Shown piece by piece: positions 34,284 to 45,840 of a DNA stretch of 64,000 bases. Position 1 is the stretch's first letter. Each line of letters opens with the position of its first letter. The notes below the pieces were generated by a model. It ran no database searches, was not told the origin of the DNA, and worked only from the letters and a program-made list of their open reading frames with translations. The position numbers and the translations under genes are program-made. Source of the stretch: Alphaproteobacteria bacterium (GTDB taxonomy: Bacteria > Pseudomonadota > Alphaproteobacteria > UBA828); the NCBI GenBank assembly GCA_963667785.2, contig CAXXMU010000001.1, positions 32,001 to 96,000 on the forward strand. Reading direction: 5' to 3'.

Positions 34284-36365
34284 CTACCCCGAGCGCAGGT
34301 AGCGCACCGCCATGTCGCGCTCGAACAGGTAGAGCAGCGTGCGGAGCGCCTGGCCGCGCTCGGATTCGAGCTCGGGGTCGCGCTCCAGCGCGAGGCGCAC
34401 GTCGTCGCGCGCCGTCGCCAGCAGCGCCTCGTGGACGGCGAGGTCGGCGAGGTGGAAGGCCGGCGCGCCGCTCTGGCGCGTGCCGAGCAGCTCGCCCGCT
34501 CCCCTCAGGCGAAGGTCCTCCTCGGCGATGCGGAAGCCGTCGTCGGTCTCGCGCAGGATGGCGATGCGGGCGCGCGCGGTCTCGCCGAGCGGCTGGGCGT
34601 AGAGCAGCAGGCAGGTGCCTGGCGTCGTGCCGCGCCCGACCCGCCCGCGCAACTGATGAAGCTGGGCGAGGCCGAAGCGCTCCGCATGCTCGACGATCAT
34701 CACCGTGGCCGCCGGCACGTCGACGCCGACCTCCACCACCGTGGTCGCGACCAGGATGTCGGCGGCGCCCTCCTGGAAGGCCGCCATGGCGGCGTCCTTC
34801 TCTGCCCCCTTCATGCGGCCGTGGACCAGCGCCACCCTGGCGCCGAAGGTCTCCTGCAGGCGCTCGTGTCGGTCGGTCGCCGCGGCGAGGTCCACCGTCT
34901 CCGAGTCCTCGACGAGCGGGCAGACCCAGTAGACCCTGGCCCCGGTATCGAGCGCCCGGCGCACGGCGGCGACCACCTCGTCCAGCCGCTCCAGCGGCAT
35001 GGCGCGGGTCGCGACGGGGCTGCGGCCCGGCAGGCGCCCCTCCAGCCGGGAGACGTCCATGTCGCCGTAGGCCGTGAGGACGAGCGAGCGCGGAATCGGG
35101 GTCGCGGTCATCACCAGCAGCTCCGCCGCCGGCCCCTTGCCGGCGAGCAGCATGCGCTGGTGCACGCCGAAGCGGTGCTGCTCGTCGACCACGGCGAGCG
35201 CGAGGTCGCGAAAGTCCACGCCCTTCTGGAAGAGCGCGTGGGTGCCGACCAGGATGTCGATCTCGCCGGCGGCGAGCGCCGCGAGCGTCTCCTCCCTGGC
35301 GCGGCCCTTGTCGCGCCCCGTGAGCAGGGCGAGCGAGACCCCGCTGCCCTCCAGCAGGGCGCCGAGGGTCGCGGCGTGCTGGCTCGCCAGCAGCTCCGTC
35401 GGCGCCATCAGCGCGGCCTGGGCGCCGGCCTCCACGGCGATCAGCATGGCGAGCAGCGCCACCACGGTCTTGCCGCTGCCGACATCGCCCTGCAGCAGGC
35501 GGAGCATGCGCCGCTCTTGCGCGAGGTCTTCGGCGATCTCGTCCGCCGCCCGGCGCTGGCCTTCGGTCAGGCGGAAGGGGAGCGCCTCCTCCACTCTCGC
35601 GCGCAGCCGGCCGTCGCCGGCGATGGCGCGGCCGCGGCCGCGCCTCGCGGAGCGGCGCATGAGCGCGAGCGCGAGCTGGTTCGCCAGCAGCTCGTCATAG
35701 GCGAGTCGCGCGCGGGCGGGTGTGTCGGCCTCGAGATCGGCGGTGCTCTCCGGCGCGTGGGCGGCCTCGAGCGCCCGGTTCCAGGGCGGCCAGCGCCTGG
35801 CCTCGACCAGGCGGGGCTCGATCCATTCGGGCAGCGCCGGCGCGCGCGCAAGCGCGGCGCGCACCGCGCGCGCCAGGGGCTTCGGCGTGATGCCGGCCGT
35901 GAGCGGATAGACGGCCTCGACCGTCTGCACGCTCTCGCGCTCGTCGAGCGTCGCGATGTGGTCGGGGTGCGCCATCTGCAGCTCGCCGCCGTAGCGCTCG
36001 ACGCGCCCGCTCACGATGCGCACCGAGCCTTCGGGCAGCGTCCGGCGCAGCCAGTCTCCCTTCGCGTGGAAGAAGACGAGGGTGAGTGCGCCGGTCTCGT
36101 CCGAGCAAAGGACGCGGGTGGGGCGCCGCCGTTCGGGCGCGGGCCGGTGCTCGTCGATGCGCACCGTGAGCGTCGCCGTCGTACCGGCCTCCGCCTCGGC
36201 CACCTTGGGCGCATGGCGCCGGTCGATCAGGCCCGACGGCAGGTGCCAGAGCAGGTGCACGACCAGCGGCCCGGCCAGGCGCTCGTAGGCCGGGCGCGTG
36301 CGGGGGCCGACCCCCGGCAGCACCGTCGCCGGCGCGAACAGCGGATTGAGGATCGCCGGGCGCAT
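34284..36365 (-). CDS. recG: ATP-dependent DNA helicase RecG
   Basis: MRPAILNPLF, QGDVGSGKT, DEQHRFGV, MTATPIPR, QLHQLRGRVGRG. Confidence 0.96.
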   Translation of the reverse strand: MRPAILNPLFAPATVLPGVGPRTRPAYERLAGPLVVHLLWHLPSGLIDRRHAPKVAEAEAGTTATLTVRIDEHRPAPERRRPTRVLCSDETGALTLVFFHAKGDWLRRTLPEGSVRIVSGRVERYGGELQMAHPDHIATLDERESVQTVEAVYPLTAGITPKPLARAVRAALARAPALPEWIEPRLVEARRWPPWNRALEAAHAPESTADLEADTPARARLAYDELLANQLALALMRRSARRGRGRAIAGDGRLRARVEEALPFRLTEGQRRAADEIAEDLAQERRMLRLLQGDVGSGKTVVALLAMLIAVEAGAQAALMAPTELLASQHAATLGALLEGSGVSLALLTGRDKGRAREETLAALAAGEIDILVGTHALFQKGVDFRDLALAVVDEQHRFGVHQRMLLAGKGPAAELLVMTATPIPRSLVLTAYGDMDVSRLEGRLPGRSPVATRAMPLERLDEVVAAVRRALDTGARVYWVCPLVEDSETVDLAAATDRHERLQETFGARVALVHGRMKGAEKDAAMAAFQEGAADILVATTVVEVGVDVPAATVMIVEHAERFGLAQLHQLRGRVGRGTTPGTCLLLYAQPLGETARARIAILRETDDGFRIAEEDLRLRGAGELLGTRQSGAPAFHLADLAVHEALLATARDDVRLALERDPELESERGQALRTLLYLFERDMAVRYLRSG

Positions 36366-36483
36366 GACCTCCGCACCCTATCCGGGCGGTTTGCGGGCGC
36401 CAACCGCATCGCTTTCGCCCTTCTCCGGACGCGCGACGGGCGGCTATGGTGGGCCGATCCGAGCGAGCGACGGAGGATTCCCG

Positions 36484-36915
36484 ATGGCACGCGCAGAGAC
36501 TCGTGAGGCGGCGTGCGGCTGCGGCCGGCTCCGGGTGACGACGGTGGGCGAGCCCGACCTGGTCATCGCCTGTAGCTGCCTCGCCTGCCAGCGCCGCACC
36601 GGCAGTCCCTTCGGGGTGGGCGCGTACTTCAAGAAGGAGGCGGTCTCGGTCGAGGGCGATGCGCGGGTCTATTCGCGGGTGGCGGATTCGGGCCTCGACG
36701 TCTCGATCCGCTTCTGCCCGGGATGCGGCACCAGCCTCTGGTGGAGCGCCGAGCTTCGCCCCGATCACTACGGCGTCGCGGTCGGCGGCTTCGGCGATCC
36801 CGGCTTCGCCCGGCCCGGGCGCGTGGTCTGGAGCGAAAGCAAGCACCCCTGGGTGCGCTTTCCCGACGGCGTGGCCGAGTATCGCCAGGGCACGCCTCGG
36901 CCGAAGGCGGAGTAG
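36484..36915 (+). CDS. GFA/CENP-V family Zn-binding protein
   Basis: CGCG, CSCLACQRRTGS, FCPGCGT. Confidence 0.88.
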   Translation: MARAETREAACGCGRLRVTTVGEPDLVIACSCLACQRRTGSPFGVGAYFKKEAVSVEGDARVYSRVADSGLDVSIRFCPGCGTSLWWSAELRPDHYGVAVGGFGDPGFARPGRVVWSESKHPWVRFPDGVAEYRQGTPRPKAE

Positions 36916-36938
36916 GGCGCCCGCCGGGGGCGCGGCCG

Positions 36939-37625
36939 CTAGAAGGGGACGCCGACGGCCCTGCACAGATACGCGGTGAAGTCGGAGCCTGCGCGCGCGA
37001 TGCCCGCGAAGCGGTCGAGGAAGTCGGGGCGGACCGCGTCGGCCTCGTCGATGTCGGCGATGACCACGAAGTCCTTGCGCTTGAGGTCCTCGATCAACGG
37101 ATGCTCCGGATCGTAGCCGCGCGGCGGGCGCTTCAGCGCCTCGCCCGCCAGGCGGAAGGTGGCGCAGAACGCGCTGCCGGTGGTGATGCGAACCCACTCC
37201 TCCGGCCGCTCGACGATGGCGTCGCGAATCCGGCCGAGCGTCGCGCTGTCGGGGTGCCAGACGCCGCAGCCGGCGAAGCACATGCCGGGCTCCAGATGAA
37301 GGTAGAAGCCGGGTGCGTGCGCGTCCTTGCCGGCGGCATGGCGGAAGTGGGCGCCGACGTTGGTCTTGTAGGGCGTCTTGTCCTTGGAGAAGCGCGTGTC
37401 CCGGTAGATGCGGAAGAGCGAGCCGCCGTTCGCGCGCGGATCGGCGCGGAAATGCGGGCTGATCTCCGCCAGCGGCCCGGCGAAGGCCTGGATGAAGTCG
37501 AGCATCGGGCCCTGCACCTCCGCCCGGTAGCGCGCCTTGTTCGCCTCGAACCAGGGCCGCTCGTTGTTGGCCTTGAGCTCGCGCAGGAAGTCGAACAGGG
37601 CGGAATCGATCGGTTGTGCGGTCAT
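36939..37625 (-). CDS. DUF2461 family protein
   Basis: FLRELKANNERPWF, FRIYRDTRFSKDKTPYK, LKRPPRGY. Confidence 0.9.
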   Translation of the reverse strand: MTAQPIDSALFDFLRELKANNERPWFEANKARYRAEVQGPMLDFIQAFAGPLAEISPHFRADPRANGGSLFRIYRDTRFSKDKTPYKTNVGAHFRHAAGKDAHAPGFYLHLEPGMCFAGCGVWHPDSATLGRIRDAIVERPEEWVRITTGSAFCATFRLAGEALKRPPRGYDPEHPLIEDLKRKDFVVIADIDEADAVRPDFLDRFAGIARAGSDFTAYLCRAVGVPF

Positions 37626-37747
37626 CGCCTCCTCGTGGACTGGTGGGAAAGGCCCGGCAGGGCGGCCACCATCGCATAGCCGGCGGCGGTGGCCAAAGAG
37701 GCGTGGTAGAGTAGGGCGCGCCATCCTCACAGCGACAGAGACCTCCC

Positions 37748-39172
37748 ATGGCCCTCGCCGAAGCGACCGCCCCAGAGCCCCAATCCGCGCCAGCCGAGCC
37801 GATCGCGCGCACGCTCGCGCGCTTCGCCCGCAGCCTCGCGCTGGACGACGTGCCGGAGCCTGTGGTCGAGCGCGCCAAGCTGCACATCCTCGATGCGCTG
37901 GGGATCGGCCTCGCGGCGTCCCGCTACGACTTCAGCCACAAGACGCTGACCGCCATCCACGGCCTCGCCGGCGATGGCGACTATCCGGTGATCGGCATGC
38001 CGGCTCGGCTGCCGCTGCGGGATGCCGCGCAGATGAACGGCTTCCTCATCCACGGCCTCGACTACGACGACACCCACGTCGGCGGCGTGATCCACGCGAC
38101 GGCGAGCGCTGTGCCGACGGTGATCGCCGCGGGCCAGCGGCACGGGGCCTCGGGGCCGGAGACGCTCGCCGCCTATCTCGCGGCCATCGAGAGCGCCGCC
38201 CGTATCGCCGCCGCAGCCCAGGGCGGCTTCCATCGCCTCGGCTTCCATCCCACCGGCATGGTCGGCGTGTTCGGCGCTGCGCTGGCGGCCGGCCGGCTCG
38301 CCGGCATGACCGAGGAGCAGCTCGCTCACGCCCAGGGCATCGCGCTCAGCATGGCCTCAGGCAGCCTGCAGTTCCTGGACGACGGCGCCTGGACCAAGCG
38401 GATGCACCCCGGCTGGGCGGCCCACGCCGGGATCAGCGCCGCGGCTCTTGCCCAGCAGGGGTTCCGCGGACCTGCCGAGCCCTACGAGGGGCGCTTCGGC
38501 CTCTACGCGCTCTACGGCGCCCACGATGCGGAGATCGACTGGCCGCTCTGCACCGCCGGCCTCGGCAGCGAGTGGGAGATGCTGCGCATCGGCATCAAGC
38601 CCTATCCCGCCTGCCACCTGGTCCATGCGCTGGGCGACGCGGTGGCCACGCTGCGCGATGCCCACGGGCTCGCGCCCGCCGATATCGAGAGCGTGGACGC
38701 GCTCATCGGCGAGGGCTGCGTCAGCGTCGTCTGCGAGCCGGAGGCCGCCAAGCGCCGTCCGGCGAACGCCTACGAGGCCCAGTTCAGCGCCCACTACATG
38801 ATCGCGAGCGTGCTCGGGCGCGGCGGCTTCACGCTGGCCTCGCTCGAGCCCGAGGCCTACACCGACCCGGCGGTCCTCGCCCTCTGCGACCGGATCACGT
38901 ACCGCGTCGATCCCGATTCCGCCTTCCCGCAATACTATTCGGGCGAGGTGGTGATCCGCACCGCGGACGGGCGCGTGCTGCGTCACCGCGAGCAGGTGAA
39001 CCGCGGCGCCGACAGCCGGCCGCTCGGCGCCGATGAGATCGTCGCCAAGTTCCGCGACAACGCCGCGATGACGCTGGCGCCGGACCGTGCCGAGCGCGCG
39101 CTCGACGCGGTGATGGCGCTGGACCGCGACTCCACGCCGGCCGACGTCGCTCGGCTGCTGAGCCTCGCCTGA
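37748..39172 (+). CDS. MmgE/PrpD family protein
   Basis: HGLDYDDTH, GFHPTG, TKRMHPGWAA, KPYPACH. Confidence 0.9.
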   Translation: MALAEATAPEPQSAPAEPIARTLARFARSLALDDVPEPVVERAKLHILDALGIGLAASRYDFSHKTLTAIHGLAGDGDYPVIGMPARLPLRDAAQMNGFLIHGLDYDDTHVGGVIHATASAVPTVIAAGQRHGASGPETLAAYLAAIESAARIAAAAQGGFHRLGFHPTGMVGVFGAALAAGRLAGMTEEQLAHAQGIALSMASGSLQFLDDGAWTKRMHPGWAAHAGISAAALAQQGFRGPAEPYEGRFGLYALYGAHDAEIDWPLCTAGLGSEWEMLRIGIKPYPACHLVHALGDAVATLRDAHGLAPADIESVDALIGEGCVSVVCEPEAAKRRPANAYEAQFSAHYMIASVLGRGGFTLASLEPEAYTDPAVLALCDRITYRVDPDSAFPQYYSGEVVIRTADGRVLRHREQVNRGADSRPLGADEIVAKFRDNAAMTLAPDRAERALDAVMALDRDSTPADVARLLSLA

Positions 39173-39231
39173 GGCGCGGCCCGAAGGCGACACCGGCAGT
39201 CACCCGACACCCGCACGTACGAGGAAAGACC

Positions 39232-40182
39232 ATGGCTCTGCACCTGCAGGTTCAGACGTTCTGCGACGAGATCAACGCGATCGAGGTGGCGCCGCTCAAG
39301 GAGCGGCCGCTCGCCGAGGTGCGCGAGGGCTTCCACGACATGATCATGAGCCTGCAGGCGCCGCCCGTCGCCGTCGGCCGGGTCGAGGACCGCGACATTC
39401 CCGGTCCCAACGGGCCGATCCGCATCCGCCTCTACTGGCCGGAGGGCACCGATCCGGCCACGCCGCTGCCCGTCTACGTCAACTATCACGGCAGCGGCTA
39501 CGTGGTGCTCAGCATCGACACCCATGACGGCGTCTGCCGCGCGCTCTGCGCCGGCGCCGGCTGCATCGTCGTCGGCGTCAACTACTGCAAGGCGCCGGAG
39601 AACAGGTTCCCCAGGCCCACCGAGGATGCCTGGGCCTCGCTCAAGTGGGTCGCCGAGAATTGCGCCGAGATCGGCGCGGATCCGGCGCGCATCGCCGTCG
39701 GCGGCGATTCTGCCGGCGGCTGCCTCGCCGCCGTCACCGCGCAGCGGGCAAGGAGCGAGGGCGGGCCCGCGCTGGTCTTCCAGCTCCTGGTCTACCCCGT
39801 CACCGACACGGACGAGACCCGCGACTCCTACAGGACCTTCGGCGAGGGCTACGTGCTCACCGCCGAGGCCATGACCTGGTTCTTCGACTGCTACTTCAAC
39901 GACGAATCGGAGCGGACCGACCTCCGCGCCGCGCCCATCCGTGCCGACGATCTGAGCGGCCTGCCGCCCGCCATGGTGATGACCGCGAGCCACGATCCTC
40001 TCCTCGACGAGGGCCGCGCCTATGCCGAGAGGCTGAAGGCGGCGGGCGTGCCCACGGCCTACCTGAACTACGAGGGCCACATCCACGGCTTCTGGACCGC
40101 CACTGGAAGCTTCGACGTGGCGAACGAGGCCCACGCGACGGCGTGCGCTGCGCTCCGCGAGGCCTTCGGCACGGCGGGCTAG
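39232..40182 (+). CDS. Alpha/beta hydrolase (HSL-family esterase)
   Basis: HGSGY oxyanion loop, GDSAGG, DPLLDEG, HGF. Confidence 0.9.
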   Translation: MALHLQVQTFCDEINAIEVAPLKERPLAEVREGFHDMIMSLQAPPVAVGRVEDRDIPGPNGPIRIRLYWPEGTDPATPLPVYVNYHGSGYVVLSIDTHDGVCRALCAGAGCIVVGVNYCKAPENRFPRPTEDAWASLKWVAENCAEIGADPARIAVGGDSAGGCLAAVTAQRARSEGGPALVFQLLVYPVTDTDETRDSYRTFGEGYVLTAEAMTWFFDCYFNDESERTDLRAAPIRADDLSGLPPAMVMTASHDPLLDEGRAYAERLKAAGVPTAYLNYEGHIHGFWTATGSFDVANEAHATACAALREAFGTAG

Positions 40183-40212
40183 CCGCCCTTCGCCCCACCC
40201 CGGCCCATACGC

Positions 40213-43200
40213 CTACCATCGGAGAGCGGCGCGGAGGGTTGCGGCGGTGGTTGGGTCTGAGCCTGCGTCGGCCTCGGCGTGGCTGGCCTCGAGGGCGATG
40301 GCGAAGGCGGGCTCTGCGCTCCAGCGGGCGCCGCTGCGCCAGGTGTGCGCCGCGCCGTCTTCCGCCATGGTGAGGCCCGCATAGGGCATGAGCACGCCGG
40401 GGCCTGCGGGCGGGCGCAGGCCGTAGCCGAGCTCCGCCTTGAGGCCGGCCCCGGCCTCGAGCGCCTCGGCCGGTGCGAGGCCTGCGGCCGGGCCCGCCGT
40501 CCACAGCCGCTCCACGCCGCCCGAGGCCGCGCCCCAGACCGGCGCGAGGGTGAGCGAGAGGCCGCGGCCCGAGGCGCCGGGATCGAGCCGGACCGAGCCG
40601 GACGCGCCCCACTCCTCGTAGGCGCCGTCGGCGTGCGTGAGCAGCCCCCGCACGCGACCCTCCAGCGTCAAGCCCCGGGCCGGGTCGGCATACGCGAGCC
40701 CGAAGCCCGCCTCCACGCCCGTGCCCCTCTCCGCATCGCCCCGGTCGTGGCGCAGCCCCAGCTCGAGCGTCGGCGTCAGCGTCGCCCCCGACCCCGCCGC
40801 GAAGGCGCGTGCGCTCTCCAGCCCGAGGCGCAGGCGGCTCACCTCGCCGCTCGCAGCCGCGAGGTTGCCGCCGGTGCTCGTGCGTGCCGCATCCGATGCC
40901 GTCCGCACCCAGAGCGCATCGGAGGTGAGCGCAAGGCTTGCCGCGCCCGCCTCTGTGGCCGGCATGAGCGCCGCCCGCAGGCCGAGCGCGCCCATGCGCA
41001 GCGAAAGCCCGGTCTCCGTCACCTCCTGGCCCAGGCTCAGCCTGAGATCGCCGCTGCCGGCACCGGCCAGGCCCCAGAGCTCCACGCCGTCCCCCAGATC
41101 CGCGCGGGCATAGGGATAGACGCCGGTCAGGCTGCTCTCCACCCTGCCACCGCCTCTGCCCGTGCCGTCGTCGAAGGAGCCCTCGCCCTCGCTCAGCCCC
41201 AGCGCGAGGCCCGCGAGCCAGCGCGCCTGCGCCACGTCCGCGCCCAGGAACCCGGTGGTCACGTCGCCCGACAGCGCAAGACCGTCGTCGGTGCCCTCGA
41301 AGCCGCCCGTCGCGAACCGGCCCCAGGCGGTCCAGGCCGGGCCACTACCCTCGCCGCCCGCGCCGAGGCGGAACGCGCTTGCCAACAGAAGCTCGCGGCC
41401 GCTCATGCCGTAGCCCTCGCCGGCACGTCCGCTCTCCCCGAGGCTGGCAGGAGCGCCCGGCCAGTCCTCGTCCTCGCCGCGCAGCGCCCCGATGAACGTC
41501 CCACCCGGCATCCCGGCGCCGCCGAGCGCAACGCCGCCCACCACCACGTGCGCGCCGGCGGCCTCTGCGCCGGTTGCGCCGCCCGAGCCGTCGAGCCGCT
41601 CGCCGATCGCGTCGACGGCCTGCTGCGCCACCGTGCGCCCGAAGCGCGCGAGCCACGCCTGCGGCATCGGGTCGGTGTTGACGATCGTCCCCGTCGCCGT
41701 GCCGTCGGACAGCGTGGCGCCGAAGGGGTGGGAGAGGGTCAGCGTCAGCGTCTCCGAGCCCTCGTTGATGGCGTCGTCCAGCACCGCCACCGAGACCGTC
41801 TTCGCCGTCTCGCCCGCCGCGAAGCGCAGCACGCCGGAGACCGCCTCGTAGTCCGCACCCGCATTCGCGGAGCCGTCCGCGGTCGCATAGCGCACCGAGA
41901 CCGTCGAGGCTTGCGCCTCCGACAGCGTCACACCGAAGGCGAGCGCCGCCCCCTCCGCCTCCTGCACCGTCAGCGTGGACGTCCACAGCGTCTCCGCCGC
42001 CGGTCCCTGCGTGGCCGCCGCGTCGTTGTCGTAAACGTCGATGCCGGCGGACGCCGCATCCGCGTCCACCTCGTAGCCGGCGCCGGCGGTGACCGTCGCC
42101 GTCACCCGGCCGTCCGCCTCGTCCACTCCGTCGTCGTCGGTCGCCACGGCGAGCGTGGCCGCCGCGCTGCCCGCCGCGAACGTCGCCGTGGCGGGTGGCG
42201 TGCCCGAGAGCACGGAGCCCGCCTCCGTGACGCTCACGGAGACCGTCAGCGCGCCCGCCGTATCGCCCGTCCGGCTGAGGGTGAACGAGGCCGCCCCGCC
42301 CTCCGTCACCGACGACGAGGACGCCGCGATCGAGACCACCGGCAGCGCCGCGACGGGCGCCGTCGCCGCGCTCACCAGGGTCTCCTCGTTGCCGTCGTCG
42401 TCGGTGAAGGTGACGCGGACCATGACCGTCTTGCCTTCTTCGGCAGAGGTCAGCGTGTAGGTGTCCGCCGTGGCGCCGGCGATGGCGGCGTCCGCCGTCC
42501 CGTCATGGGCGATCCACTGCCAGGCGAAGGTGGCGCCCGTCAGCCCGTCCGCATCCGCGATGTCCGCAGCCGACGCCGTCAGCGTCTCGCCAACCCGCGC
42601 CGTGCCTGCGATCGCCGGAAGGCCCGTCGGCGACGCGTTGGCCGCCGCGGTGACGTTGGCCACCGCCTCGTTGCTGAAACCGGCCACCGGATTGCCGGCC
42701 GGATCCTGGAGCGGGCTTGCGTTCGACCCCGTCGGCACCGTGTAGCTCACCGTCACCGTCTCGCCCGACGCAACCGCAGAGGCCAGCGTCAGCGTCACAT
42801 TGCTGCCCGAGACCGCGACCGTATCCACCCCGCGCGCCGCGCCATCCACCGTGACGGAGAAGGCCGCCGCCCCCGGCGCCGAGCCCGTGTCCAGCGCCTT
42901 GTCGAACGTCAGCGTCAGCGCATCGCCGTCCACCGACGCGACCTTGAGCGCCGGCGCCGCGTCGTCGTCCTCCACCGTCAGCGTCGCTTCGGACGCGCTC
43001 GCATCGAGCGTGTAGCCGGTGCCGGCCGCAAGGGTCACCGTCACCGCGCTCGCCGCCTCGACGACCTCGTCGTCTTCCGTCGCGACCGTGAGGGCGACCG
43101 TCGCCGCGCCGGCGGGGAACACCGCCTCCGTCGGCGCCGTCCCCGACAGCACCGCGCCGTCCTCGCTCACGCCGAGCCCCACCGTCAGCGCATCCGCCGT

Positions 43201-45746
43201 ATCGCCCGTCCGGCTCAGCGTGAACGACGCCGCGGTGCCCTCCGTCACCGGCGACGTGCCCGCCGCGATCGAGACTCGCGGCGTCGCCGGCCCCGGCACG
43301 CTCGCCGAGACCGCCTCGGCGAGCGCCTCGCCGTCCGGCGTGCAGATCGCCCCCGAGGCGCTGCAGGCGCCGGTCGTCGCTGGCAGCGTCACCGTCACCG
43401 CCCCGCTGCCCGACGGCCGGATCCAGACGATCCACCGGTCGAAGGCGCCGGGGTCCACCCGGCGTCTGCCCCTGACCGTGCCGTCGGTCACCTCGAGGGC
43501 GTCCTGGATCGCCCGGTTCTTGTTGAAGCTCTCGCTGCCGTCGAACACCGCCTCGCTGAACGCGAGCTCGAGCGCGAACGCGCTGCTCCCGTCGTGAGAC
43601 GCCGGCACCGACTCGAACTCTGCCGTCAACCCCGCAGGCGCCGGCGTCACCGGATCGGACGGCTCCGACGCCGCCCCCTTCCCCTCCGCGTTCACCGCGC
43701 GCAAACGGAACTTGTAGCTCTCCCCGTTGGTGAGACCCTTCACCTCCTTGCTCGTCCCAGGCCCATCCGTCGGCGTCCAGCCCGTCCCGCCGTCCTGCTG
43801 ATACTCGTAGTGCGTCACGGGCTTCTCCGGCACTTCCGGTGGGGCGTCCCACTCGAGCATGGCGCCCCGTCCTTCGCTTGCGCCCTGAGGTTGCTCGGCC
43901 TGCCGGGCAGACCCCTCGTGCCCGGGTCCTCCAGCCATACCGCCACGTCGTCGATCGAGAACGTGTCGGCCTCCGCGCCCGAGACCGTGTGCTCGATGCT
44001 CACCGTTCCGGGGTCCCAGTCCGCGTCCCGGGGAACGGAGACCCGGATCGGCTTCGGCGAGAACCAGGTGGCCGTTTGGAACGTGACCTGCGTCGGATTG
44101 ACCGTGACGCCGCTTCCCGACGTCACGTCGAGGGATACCGTCACCGTCGTCGCGGGCCCGCCCTTGGCCCGCAGCTCGTAGGTGGCCGTTGCCCCCTTCT
44201 CGACCTGTATCCGCCGGGTCGTGGTCACGATCTCCCGGTCGTTGTCCGTGACCTCCACCGCGACCTGCGCGACCGCTGCCGAGCCGAAGCCGCCGCCGGA
44301 GGCGGTGTGCGTGATCCAGGCGGCGTCGGAATCGGAGTCGTCGTCCTCGGCCGCGCTCACGCTCACCGTCCGTGCGGTCTCCCAGTCGGAGGCGGTGAAG
44401 GCGAGGCTTGCGGGGTTCACCGTCACGTCGGTGCCCGCGGTCCCGCCGAGCGCGATCGTGACCGTGCCGCTCGGCGCGCGCGTCAGCACCACCGTGTAGG
44501 TCCCGCCCGGCGTGTCTCCCTCGAATATCCTGATCCTGTCGGTACTGACCTTCACATCGGGACCCCGGTCATTCACGAGCACCGTCACGCCGGGAAGCGC
44601 GGTCGCCTCGTACCCGCCCCCGGTCGCGCTGTGGGTCAGCGTCACCCTGTCGTCGTCGTGGTCTCTGTCGTTCGCCGCGGTCACGGTCACCGTCTGCGCG
44701 GTGTTCCAGTCCGCCGTCGTGAAGGTGAGGGTCGAAATCGATGTGTCGTCGCTGTCGCGTAGCGAGATGTCGGTCCCGTTGTGTCCGGCGATCGTGACCG
44801 TGACCGTGCCGGTCGGCTCGCCGGTCAGCACAAACGTGTAGGTGCCTCCCGCCGTATCTCCCTCGTCGATCGTCACCGGATCGGGCGCGACCATCGCCCC
44901 AGAGATGTCGTTGTCCTCCACGCGCACCGTGAGATTCGGCACCGTCACCGAGCCGTAGCCGCCGCCGGACGGGCTGTGGGTGAGCGTGACGGTGTCGTCC
45001 GCCATGTCCGAATCGGCAGCCGCGGTCACGGTCACCGTTTGCGGCTCGCCCCAGTTCATGGCGGTGAAGGTGAGGGACGTCTCGTCGAGCGAGACGTCGG
45101 TCCCGCTGTGTCCGTCGATCGTCACCGTCACGTCCGCGCTGGGCTGCGTGGCCAGCCAGACCTCGTAGGTCGCCGTGGTCTGCTCCTGGACCACCACGGG
45201 CCTCGGTGCGATCAGCACAGCGGCACTGCTCCCCGTGAGCGTGCACTGCACGCCCGCGTGCTCGCGGACGGTGCTGCAGTGGTGCGGGTTGTGCGGCCCC
45301 CAGCCCGAGCCGTCGCAATCGGCCAGGCGGTCCTCCGACCCGCTGCAGTTCATGTTGTCGAGCCACACGGAAATGTCCGTCGGCCCTTCGAGCGCGCGGA
45401 GCGCCGTCTCGGCCCCCGGGTAGCCAAGCTGCCGGCACGCCACCCTTGCGTCCGCGATGCCCCAAAAATCGTCGCAGACGGCACCCCATTCGCCGTCGTG
45501 GTAGACCTCCACCCGTCCCTGACCCAGGGTGTCGCCCTGTAGTCGCAGCTCCCCGTCCGCGGGATCGGCCAGGGCGGCGCCGGCCCAGAGAAAGCCCAGG
45601 GCGACCGCAAGCGCCGAGCGCAGCGCCCGCCGGCCTGTCGCCCGCGCCCGTGACCGGGGCGGAAGGCCGCCGGCGGCCGGAGTCCCACCGACGGGCGAGA
45701 CTCGTTCCCTGCAGCGTCTCCCGTTCCTGCGTGCGCGCACGGACAT
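40213..45746 (-). pseudogene. Large autotransporter-like adhesin (SRCR + Ig/Calx-beta repeats + FN3 + SwmB-like + C-terminal barrel), split by a frameshift near 43865
   Basis: ORFs 43815-46043 and 40213-43938 join inside an FN3 repeat (PGRPSNLRAQAKDGA | MLEWDAPP); likely start ATG 45746 with GGAGG RBS; ends ...LRAALRW with terminal Trp; joined length about 1844 aa; the break may be an assembly error. Confidence 0.8.
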
Positions 45747-45840
45747 GCCCTCCTCCAGGAATTCGCACGGCGCCTCTCGCCGCAAGCATCCGTGCGATGC
45801 TGTAACAGCCTGGAAGGTATGCCAGTTTCGCGATATCGCG

